Part shown: positions 36,366 to 44,246 of the stretch, piece by piece
Layout of the letters: every line of letters starts with the position of its first letter
How positions within the stretch are numbered: the stretch's first letter is position 1
Assembly: GCA_038230375.1 (NCBI GenBank)
Contig: JBBRNJ010000010.1
Span: forward strand, 32,001 to 96,000
Source: Polyangiales bacterium
GTDB taxonomy: Bacteria; Myxococcota_A; Polyangia; Polyangiales; Polyangiaceae
Length of the DNA: 64,000 nucleotides
Direction of reading: 5' to 3'
Notes under the pieces: model-generated
The model's input: the letters and a program-made list of their open reading frames with translations, nothing else
Told to the model about the DNA's origin: nothing
Database searches by the model: none
Position numbers and translations under genes: made by a program

Positions 36366-37841
36366 TCACTTCTTGTCGAGGCGACGGATCGTGTGGATCC
36401 CGTCGTCGAGCTCGATGCTCAGATCGTCCATCGCGCGCATCTCGCCCATGTCGACTTCGACCTCGATCGATGGCTCCTCATCCCTCGGGCGCCTCTGCAG
36501 CTGCTTCTTCCCTGGGACCTTCATGGGCCTCGTCCCCGGTCGAGCGAGCGGCACGGCGTTCCTGGCAATCTTCGTGGGCGCCTTCGTGGGGACCTTGGAG
36601 GCGATCTTCGTGGGCGCCTTCCGGTGGATCGTTCGCTCGCCCTCGCTCTGGTAGGCGGACTCCGCTTTGTGGCGCTGCGTCGGCTCGTCGAGATCGGAGT
36701 CGTCCCTTGGCGGCGGCTGCGGGTTCACCTCCGCTCGTCGCGCGAGCTGCTCGCCCGACTGCGACTTGCTCATCACCACCTTGCCCGAGTGACTCTGCGA
36801 CTGCTCGCCCGTGTACGGTCGCTCTCTCGCCGCCTTCTGCTCGCGCGCCGGCGCGCCTGGCGCGGCCGCTCTGGACTTCAACGCGATCGCTGCGAGGGCA
36901 GTGCCACTGGGCGCAGGCTTGGGCACGTCGCCGGCGGCCGGACCTGCATCCAGGAACTCGTTGAGGAGCTGGTCCACGCGCGTCGCGGTCTTGAGCCAAG
37001 CCATCAGCGCGTCACGCATCTCGAGAGCGCTCGAGAAGCGCGCGGCCGCGTCCCACTCTATCGCCCGCTCCACGATGCGCGCGAAGACGGGGTCGACATC
37101 GGGCTGAAGCTCACGGAGCGGCGGCGCGCCACGCTCGCGCAGCTTCTGGATCATCTCGAAGAGATTCGCCGCGCGGTACGGCGGCTGTCCCGAGACGGCG
37201 CGATAGAGCATGACGCCGACCGCATAGAGATCGACGCGGAAGTCGATCTCCGACGAGCCCGACTCGAACTGCTCCGGCGCCATGTACGTGAGCGTGCCGA
37301 AGAGCGTCCCGATGCCGCTCTTGACGTCGCCAGCCTCACCCTTCGCCGCCATCTTGCAACAACCGAAGTCCAGGATCTTCACGAAGTCCGGGCCGCTCTC
37401 CATCCGCACCAGATAAATGTTCGCGGGCTTCAGATCGCGGTGGATGATCCCCGCCTGGTGCACCTTCGTGAGGCCCTCCAGGAGCTGGAGCGCGACCATG
37501 CCGATCTCCGTGGCCGACACGCGAACGCGCGCCTTGAGTCGCTCGGCCAGGCTCTCGCCGTCCAGGTACTCCATCACCATGAAGCGATCGCCCCGCGGCA
37601 GGTCGCCGATGTCGATCACGTCCGCGATGTGCGTGGAGCCGATGCGTGCAGCGGCCTGCGCCTCGCGCTCGAAGCGCGCGACCAGATCTCGGTCCATCGA
37701 CAGACGCGCGTGCATCACCTTGATCGCGACGCGGCGATTCAAGCGGATGTTGCGTCCTTCGTAGACCACACCCATCCCGCCTTCGCCGATGAGGCGAACA
37801 ACAACGTACTTGTTGTCGACGACGTCGCCTGCGTTCAGCAC
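36366..37841 (-). CDS. Cytoplasmic Ser/Thr kinase with disordered tail
   Basis: IGEGGMGVVY, VAIK, HRDLKPAN, DFGCCK, GTLTYMAPE. Confidence 0.93.
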   Translation of the reverse strand: MLNAGDVVDNKYVVVRLIGEGGMGVVYEGRNIRLNRRVAIKVMHARLSMDRDLVARFEREAQAAARIGSTHIADVIDIGDLPRGDRFMVMEYLDGESLAERLKARVRVSATEIGMVALQLLEGLTKVHQAGIIHRDLKPANIYLVRMESGPDFVKILDFGCCKMAAKGEAGDVKSGIGTLFGTLTYMAPEQFESGSSEIDFRVDLYAVGVMLYRAVSGQPPYRAANLFEMIQKLRERGAPPLRELQPDVDPVFARIVERAIEWDAAARFSSALEMRDALMAWLKTATRVDQLLNEFLDAGPAAGDVPKPAPSGTALAAIALKSRAAAPGAPAREQKAARERPYTGEQSQSHSGKVVMSKSQSGEQLARRAEVNPQPPPRDDSDLDEPTQRHKAESAYQSEGERTIHRKAPTKIASKVPTKAPTKIARNAVPLARPGTRPMKVPGKKQLQRRPRDEEPSIEVEVDMGEMRAMDDLSIELDDGIHTIRRLDKK

Positions 37842-37844
37842 GTA

Positions 37845-37892
37845 ATTTCAAGAGTATCGCGATTGCCTTGCTCGCGATACTTCACCTGAAAT
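37845..37892. promoter_or_regulatory. Inverted repeat upstream of the kinase (operator or terminator hairpin)
   Basis: AGTATCGCGA-N9-TCGCGATACT with outer ATTTCA/TGAAAT. Confidence 0.55.
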
Positions 37893-37918
37893 GCGCCTAG
37901 TTCTGGGTACTCACGCAC

Positions 37919-39643
37919 TCACGGGCACGGAACCGAGATCGCGCCCGTGGCCGCGCCGCCCTTCAGGTCCACCACGGAGTCGGCGCTGACGTTGAGCGCC
38001 GACAGGCCGTTCACGGTTCCACACTGGAAGCTCGCGCTCGCCGGTGTGGCTCCGAGCGTGTTGCCGTTGATGACGACCGGCGATGCGATGGTGCCCGCGC
38101 CCTGCGCGTTGATCTGGATGTTGCCGCCCACGACGTTGTTGTTCGTGACCGTGCCGCCTTTGATGTTTGGCGATGCGTACCAGGGATGCGGACCGAGCTC
38201 GATCCCGAAGTGGCAGGCCACCGGGCAGTAGACGATATTGTTGCTCAGCGTGGTGCCGGTGAAGTCGCCGAGCGCGGGGTTGTTGAAGTTGTCCAGCATG
38301 ATGGCCGCGAACGAGCTCTGCGTGAGCTGCTGCGCGGTGTTGCCGGTGTACTGCGCATTCACGCCGCCGCCGGAGATGAAGCCGACATCGCTGTTGTCCA
38401 CGAAGCGGCTCTGCGTGACCTTCGCGTTGTCGCTCTTGTGGATGGTCAGGCCGTCGGACCACATGTTCTGCGTGTTGTGGTCGCCGTTGCCGAAGAAGTC
38501 GCTGTTCTCGACGACGACGCCGTCACCGTCCCACTCCAGACCGGAGCCGCAGACCGCGCGCGCCGAGACGCTGCCCTTGATCGCGCAGCTCGCGCAGTTC
38601 GCGCCAATGTTGATGCCGTCGCCGTTCTGCCCCGCCGCGCAGTTCGTGGCGGCCGTGGTGACAAGGCGCGCGGCGCGATTGCCGTCGACCACGACGTGCT
38701 CGAGCGTGACGGCGGAGGTGGCGGTCCCGAGCGAGCCGAGCCGCACGAAGCCGCGCGTGGCGCCCGCGGATGGGAGCGTGGTCGTGTCCGCGCGAAGCAC
38801 GGCGCATGGCGCGGTGTCGTAGTCCAGGCAGCTCGGCTTGGCGCCCATGACGCCTGTAGTGGCCAACGTCATGGGCTTGTCGATCACGATGACCCCGGAG
38901 ATCCTGTAGATGCCGGGAGGCAGCGCGAGCGTGCCGCCCGATGAAGTGCTCGCGATGCATGCGTTGATCGCGGCGGTGGCGTCCGTTGCGCCGGATGCAT
39001 CAGCCTTCTGGCCGGAGCAGATCGTGATCGCTGCGGCAGCCACCGCCTGCACGTCGATGGTGTGCTGTGTGCTCGCGTGTCCAAGCCATGCGACCCCTTC
39101 GCGCACGAGCTCGTACGCATACGGATGCGTCCCCGTGAGGGGCGGGGCATGGACCGCGAGCTGGATGGTCACCGCGTTGCCCGGCGGCACGTCCACGGGC
39201 AGCGCGATGCGCGACGGCGTCCACGTGGTGCTGTCATGCGGCGCGCTCGGACCTAGCTTGACGGCGGGCCCGCTCATGGGCGCGGATGACCACGTGGTGG
39301 TACCGCAGTTCGCGAACGTGACGCTGGTGACGACATGCTGCCAGGGCGTGAGCGTTGCCGGCGGTGCGCTTTCACTCACGAACACGACCTCCGGCGAAGC
39401 CGACGGACACGTGTACGCCGCGAGCACCGGTCCAGCGCCTGCGTCGCCACCCGCATCGATTCCGAGCGCTGTCGCTCCGTCGCTTGCGTTCGCGCTCGCC
39501 GCGTCTGCGCTTCCCGGAGCAGCGTCCGCGGTGTCCGTTGTCTTCGCAGGGGATGAGTCAGAGCCGCCACACGCAAGCGCGGACAGCGTGACTGCGACAG
39601 ACAGGGTGAGGACGGCGGGGAGAAGCGCGGCTCCGCGGTGCAT
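37919..39643 (-). CDS. Lipoprotein: NBR1-like Ig domain + pectin-lyase-like beta-helix
   Basis: ALAC lipobox; VTFANCGTTTW, DVPPG; DATAAINACI, LALPPGIYRI; Asn-rich beta-helix repeats. Confidence 0.85.
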   Translation of the reverse strand: MHRGAALLPAVLTLSVAVTLSALACGGSDSSPAKTTDTADAAPGSADAASANASDGATALGIDAGGDAGAGPVLAAYTCPSASPEVVFVSESAPPATLTPWQHVVTSVTFANCGTTTWSSAPMSGPAVKLGPSAPHDSTTWTPSRIALPVDVPPGNAVTIQLAVHAPPLTGTHPYAYELVREGVAWLGHASTQHTIDVQAVAAAAITICSGQKADASGATDATAAINACIASTSSGGTLALPPGIYRISGVIVIDKPMTLATTGVMGAKPSCLDYDTAPCAVLRADTTTLPSAGATRGFVRLGSLGTATSAVTLEHVVVDGNRAARLVTTAATNCAAGQNGDGINIGANCASCAIKGSVSARAVCGSGLEWDGDGVVVENSDFFGNGDHNTQNMWSDGLTIHKSDNAKVTQSRFVDNSDVGFISGGGVNAQYTGNTAQQLTQSSFAAIMLDNFNNPALGDFTGTTLSNNIVYCPVACHFGIELGPHPWYASPNIKGGTVTNNNVVGGNIQINAQGAGTIASPVVINGNTLGATPASASFQCGTVNGLSALNVSADSVVDLKGGAATGAISVPCP

Positions 39644-39713
39644 GATCCCGCGCTTCTAGCACGCCAGATGGACGACGCCCGTTCCGCCCGATACGTCGTG
39701 GAAAGGATGATGA

Positions 39714-39950
39714 GACGCTGGTTCGCCGTTCCAGCTGCTGAAACCATTTCGCGCCGCTGGGGTCTGGTACCAAGTGGAGCTGACGGCCGACTACGCGAAC
39801 GCCTCGGCGTCGGCATGGTTTGGGTCCAGCATGGTCGCCATGGTGTTGCCCACGGCCGCGAAGCCCGGCGGCCTGCCCACCGTCGCATTTGGCCCTGATT
39901 TCTCGGCAAACCGCGTCGGGCTCGACAACATCGTGGTGGACGTTCACTGA
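39714..39950 (+). pseudogene. Start-less 3' fragment of a ConA/LamG-like domain gene
   Basis: Stop-to-stop frame DAGSPFQ...GVWYQVELTADYA...VGLDNIVVDVH*; no plausible 5' start. Confidence 0.45.
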
Positions 39951-39988
39951 GCGGTGGATCGGCGGTGCCGTGGTAGCCTTCCACCACC

Positions 39989-40801
39989 ATGACGAAGCTC
40001 GTATCAGTCGCAGCGGTCGGTATTGCTCTTGTCGCCATCGGCTGTGAGCCGGCACCGGCGCGCCCTGCAGAGGCTCCTCACGCGGCCGCCGCGCCTGTCG
40101 CCCCCACGCCTCCTACGCCGCCCACGCCTCCGCCGCCTCCCGGTGATCACGCAGGAGGCTCTGGCTGGCCGCATCACGGAGAGGGCGGCGACGCCCACGA
40201 AGGCATGGCTCATCACCCCGGACCGAAGGGCGAGCACGATGGTGGCGGTCCCGGTCACGCGATGGGCGAGCGGATGCGTGGACACCAGAACCGCGCGCGC
40301 GGCGCCCAGTCACGAGGCGAGCACGGACCCATGGAGCACGGGGGTGGCGAGATGGCGCGCGAGCTCGCCACGCTTGGCGTGCACTTCTACCCCGCGCCGA
40401 GCCTCATTCGCCGCTCGAAGGAGATCGGCCTCACGCCCGATCAGCTGACAAAGATCCGCGGCGAGATGCTGACCACCCAATCGAAGGCGATCGACCTCCA
40501 CGCGAAGGTGCAGCACTCCCGCGTCGAGGCAGCGCGCTTGCTGTCCGCCGAGAAGATCGACGAGAAGGCCGTGGACGCACAGATCGACGAGGCCACCAAG
40601 GCCGAGGCCGAGATGCACAAGCTCCACGTCGGCGCGATGCTGCGCATCCGCGCGCTGCTCACCGCCGAGCAACGTCAGAAGCTCGATGAGCGCAAGAAGG
40701 GCATGCACCACGACGGGAAGCCCGGCGGCGTCGCGGGAGGCCCCATGGGCCAGGACGACGATGATGGCGACGACGACGACGACGACGACGTCGAGGGCTG
40801 A
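39989..40801 (+). CDS. Spy/CpxP-family lipoprotein with His/Met-rich insert and acidic tail
   Basis: AIGC lipobox; IGLTPDQ...IR and LLTAEQRQKL (LTxxQ motifs). Confidence 0.85.
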   Translation: MTKLVSVAAVGIALVAIGCEPAPARPAEAPHAAAAPVAPTPPTPPTPPPPPGDHAGGSGWPHHGEGGDAHEGMAHHPGPKGEHDGGGPGHAMGERMRGHQNRARGAQSRGEHGPMEHGGGEMARELATLGVHFYPAPSLIRRSKEIGLTPDQLTKIRGEMLTTQSKAIDLHAKVQHSRVEAARLLSAEKIDEKAVDAQIDEATKAEAEMHKLHVGAMLRIRALLTAEQRQKLDERKKGMHHDGKPGGVAGGPMGQDDDDGDDDDDDDVEG

Positions 40802-40844
40802 AGCGCTGCTATTCTGAGAGCGGTACGAAACCGAGGGGACGTCC

Positions 40845-41645
40845 ATGGGGAAGAAGGCGCTGTTCGTCGGGTTGGTCAGCACGGTGCTCGCGGGCGCCAG
40901 TGCGGTTGGCAGCGGGTGCTCCGCCGCCGCAGACCTGGGCACTGACGGCGGCCTCACGTTCGACACCGGCGCCAAGAACGACACCGGGGGTGGCAGCTTG
41001 TGCCGCACGCAGAGTGACGTGTTCGGCACCGCCGGCGCGTCCACGCAGACACTGAATGCGTGCACGCCAACGGAGCTCGGCACGCTGGACACCATGATCC
41101 GCTCCTCGACCGGTACGACCTACGTCGCGCTCTACGGCATGGTCGGCGCCAGCTGCCAGAAGTGCTTGTTTTCAAGCGCGAGCGACGCAAACTGGCAATC
41201 CTTCGTCTGGGCGCCCGACATGCAACACGTGCTGTCGGATCTGGACGCGGGCGCTGGCAAGTCGACGGTCTTCGACAACTCGGTGGGAGCCTGCGTCGCG
41301 CACGTGGCGGCGGGCGGCTCTTCGTGCGGCCTGGCCGCAACGCACAACGACGAGTGCTACCAGACGTCCTGCCAGAGCTGCGCGTCCCAGTCGGACTTCG
41401 ACGGCTGCATCAGTGATCCGCAGACCGCCGCGCAGTGCGGCCAGGTCGACACGCGCGCGACGGACTGCATGACCAAGGATCAGTACAACCAGGCGCTCGT
41501 GCAGTGCGGGTTCGATCTCGGCGCGAAGACGATCGACTTCAAGGTCCTCCTCAACGTGACGTGCGGGACCGGCAAGGGCGCGAGCAGCGATGGTGGAACC
41601 GATAGCGGCAGTGACAGCGGGTCCACGGACGCGGGCCCTGGCTGA
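40845..41645 (+). CDS. Cys-rich lipoprotein
   Basis: GSGC lipobox; many Cys; DGG/DSG/DAG tail. Confidence 0.8.
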   Translation: MGKKALFVGLVSTVLAGASAVGSGCSAAADLGTDGGLTFDTGAKNDTGGGSLCRTQSDVFGTAGASTQTLNACTPTELGTLDTMIRSSTGTTYVALYGMVGASCQKCLFSSASDANWQSFVWAPDMQHVLSDLDAGAGKSTVFDNSVGACVAHVAAGGSSCGLAATHNDECYQTSCQSCASQSDFDGCISDPQTAAQCGQVDTRATDCMTKDQYNQALVQCGFDLGAKTIDFKVLLNVTCGTGKGASSDGGTDSGSDSGSTDAGPG

Positions 41646-41679
41646 TCCCAGCGGCTGATTGCCGAGAATGTGACACTGC

Positions 41680-42636
41680 ATGGATCTCGAACGCATGGCC
41701 CGGATGTGCCGCGAAGGCCAGTGGAACGTCGGTGACCTCGACTGGTCCCAGCGGCCTCGCGCCATGTCGCCGGACGACGAGCGAAACGTCGTCCAGTACT
41801 TCACCGACATGGCGCAGATCGAACGCCTTGCCGGCGCCTTGTTCGTAGAGCAGCAGCGCCGCGTCACTGATCCGATCTTGAAGGACATCTACGCCACGTT
41901 CGTGATCGACGAGATGCGACACTCGCATGTTGCGCAGATGCTCGCCGATCACTACGACGTGCGCCGGCTCACGACCTATCGCCCGAGCCGGAGCCTGGAG
42001 CGTTTCTTTCCTCACTTCGTGGATGCCATCCGCCACCTCTCGGACGACATCGCGAACGCGTACATCACGTCGGGTGAGCTGATCCTGGACATCGCGCTCC
42101 TGCGCTCGATCAACGACTTCGTCGCGGATCCGTTGAGCGCCCAGGCAATGGAGCTCATCAACCGCGACGAGTCCAGGCACATCGCCGTCGACTACTACAT
42201 GGTCGGCTACTACTGCTCCGACGAGTACAAGCGCGCGCGTACGAGCGTGCGCAAGTCAGCGCGGGAGCAGGCCATCGCGACGCGCGCGTTTGCGGCGATG
42301 ACGCTCTGGGGGCGCCCGTTCTTCCGCGACGTCTTCTTCGGCCCCATGGACAGGATCGATCCCACCGGCACGCGCCTGCGCGAGGCGTTCAAGCGAATGC
42401 AGCTCCTCGGTGAACGTCCAGGCATCGACCAGCTCCCGCTCGTGAAGTACTGGTCGCGCATGATGGCCCTCTACAACCAGCCGTGGATGGGGCCGCGGGG
42501 CAAGGACGCTGTTGCACTTGTCGTCGGTATGGACCCCCGCTTCATGGAGCACCTGGCAACGGAGGAAGAACTCGCGCGCGCGCGCCTCATGTCCCTCGAC
42601 GAGCTCGCGGAGGAAGCGCTCTCGGCGAAGGGCTGA
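41680..42636 (+). CDS. Ferritin-like di-iron protein
   Basis: E...DEMRH and E...DESRH ligand pattern. Confidence 0.85.
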   Translation: MDLERMARMCREGQWNVGDLDWSQRPRAMSPDDERNVVQYFTDMAQIERLAGALFVEQQRRVTDPILKDIYATFVIDEMRHSHVAQMLADHYDVRRLTTYRPSRSLERFFPHFVDAIRHLSDDIANAYITSGELILDIALLRSINDFVADPLSAQAMELINRDESRHIAVDYYMVGYYCSDEYKRARTSVRKSAREQAIATRAFAAMTLWGRPFFRDVFFGPMDRIDPTGTRLREAFKRMQLLGERPGIDQLPLVKYWSRMMALYNQPWMGPRGKDAVALVVGMDPRFMEHLATEEELARARLMSLDELAEEALSAKG

Positions 42637-42659
42637 ATCTCCTCAGAGGTGCTGACAGA

Positions 42660-44246
42660 TCAGAAGGCGACGGTCACCCAGAAGGGGACCTCGTAGCTCA
42701 CGATCACGCCGATCGCGTCGGCCGACACGCCATCCAGCGCGAGCGGCGAGAAGCCCGCGGCGACGTTCTTCCACAGCGCGAACGTCGCGCCAAGATGCCC
42801 GTGTACACCCCATGCGGTGACCGTGGTGTTGCGGAATGCGGGGCTCGAGAACGAGAACCAGTTGTAGGTGAGCGCGAAGAGCAGCTCGATCTCGATGTGC
42901 TTGCTCACCTCGAGCTCGTACGCGAAGGGCAGCCCGACAAGATCGCGCGCGCCGCAGCAGCCCTGGAAGTAGTGCTTGTACTCGAGCCCGACCTCCGCGC
43001 GTCGCGTGTCGGAGAGCTTCAGGCGGAAGCGGCCGTCGAGGCCGAGAAAGACGCTCGCTGGCACTTCGGTGCGCGCGAGCGGGAAGGACGGACCGATGAG
43101 GAGCTTGGCGCCGATGATCGTGTCGCGCTGGACGGGGAGATCGTCGTCGTGCGGGTCGACGTCGGGACGCGGGGGCTGGGGTGCGTTGGGATCGGGGGCG
43201 GTGATGGTGGGGGAGGGTGAAGGTGAAGGTGGAGGTGGAGGGGAAGGTGGAGGTGGAGGTGGAGGTGAAGGGGCTGGGGTTGGTGGTGCGGGGGTGCCTT
43301 GTGGTGGGACGGGCGTGCCGGCGGGCGGTAGGACTGTGCCTGCGGGGGGCTGTGGCTCTTGGGCTTTCGCTGGCTTTGCGTAGGCAAGGGAGAATGCCAG
43401 CAGCGTGAGCGCGATGGTGGGGCGCGGGCTTGTGGTGCTGCTTTTCAGGAGGCCCCACCTTCGTGCGAGGACCACGCAGAGGAGGACGAGGGCGATGCTC
43501 ACCCATTGCGAGGTGGAGAGGCCGAGGAATGCGCCGCGGATCGCGTCGTCTCGGAGCAGCTCGAGCCCGAAGCGCCCGCACGCATAGGTGACGAGCCACG
43601 TGATGAACGCCGCGCCGCTTCGCTCTCCGCGCGCGAGCCTGCGGTAGGCGAGGAGACTCGCGATCATCGCGACGAGGCCCTCGTAGAGCTGCGTGGGATG
43701 AACCGGGAGGCTTGGCGCGCCAGCGGGAACGAAGCCACGCTGCATGTGATCCGTTGCCGCGAGGCTGCCGGCGGGAAAGCGAACGCCGAACACGCCGGCC
43801 GTTGGCTTGCCGTAGTCGCACCCTTCCAGGTAGCAACCTGCGCGCACGAACGCGAACTCGATCCCCATACCGAGCGTCACGCGATCGAGGAATGGACGCA
43901 CCGGTTGCTTCCGCACGCGAAGCCAGAGCGGCGCCGCGACGAGCCCACCGAGCAGCCCGCCATACGCCGCGCGACCGGCCGTGAGGATGGGCGTGAGCGA
44001 GCGCTCCGCGATCGCGATCGGCAGCATGCGTACCCACTCGAAGACGTAGCCGCCAAGGAGACATGCGAGGTACGTGAGGAGAAGCGCGAATGCCTGCTCG
44101 CGCACCTCCGCACGATCGCGCTTTGCCATGCGCAGGATGAGGATGGCGCCAAGGAACGTGGCCAGACCGACCATGGTGCCGTAGTCCGGCGCGAGCCATC
44201 CCGGGATACCGTGCTGCGCGAGCCACGCGACGAGGAGCGGCCTCAT
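42660..44246 (-). CDS. Lgt-family diacylglyceryl transferase fused to a Pro linker and a predicted OM beta-barrel
   Basis: YGGLLGG, RAGCYLEGCDYG, HPTQLYE, RFGLELLRDD, STSQWVS; then a signal-like helix ending AKA|Q, a poly-Pro linker, amphipathic strands and terminal F. Confidence 0.88.
   Translation of the reverse strand: MRPLLVAWLAQHGIPGWLAPDYGTMVGLATFLGAILILRMAKRDRAEVREQAFALLLTYLACLLGGYVFEWVRMLPIAIAERSLTPILTAGRAAYGGLLGGLVAAPLWLRVRKQPVRPFLDRVTLGMGIEFAFVRAGCYLEGCDYGKPTAGVFGVRFPAGSLAATDHMQRGFVPAGAPSLPVHPTQLYEGLVAMIASLLAYRRLARGERSGAAFITWLVTYACGRFGLELLRDDAIRGAFLGLSTSQWVSIALVLLCVVLARRWGLLKSSTTSPRPTIALTLLAFSLAYAKPAKAQEPQPPAGTVLPPAGTPVPPQGTPAPPTPAPSPPPPPPPSPPPPPSPSPSPTITAPDPNAPQPPRPDVDPHDDDLPVQRDTIIGAKLLIGPSFPLARTEVPASVFLGLDGRFRLKLSDTRRAEVGLEYKHYFQGCCGARDLVGLPFAYELEVSKHIEIELLFALTYNWFSFSSPAFRNTTVTAWGVHGHLGATFALWKNVAAGFSPLALDGVSADAIGVIVSYEVPFWVTVAF

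Noticed and set aside
41680..42636. AurF-type biosynthetic gene cluster
   Set aside because: The di-iron gene stands alone, with no PKS/NRPS or tailoring genes nearby.
43200..43300. GGAGGT/GAAGGT run as a mobile or regulatory repeat
   Set aside because: It simply encodes the poly-Pro linker of the Lgt fusion on the minus strand.
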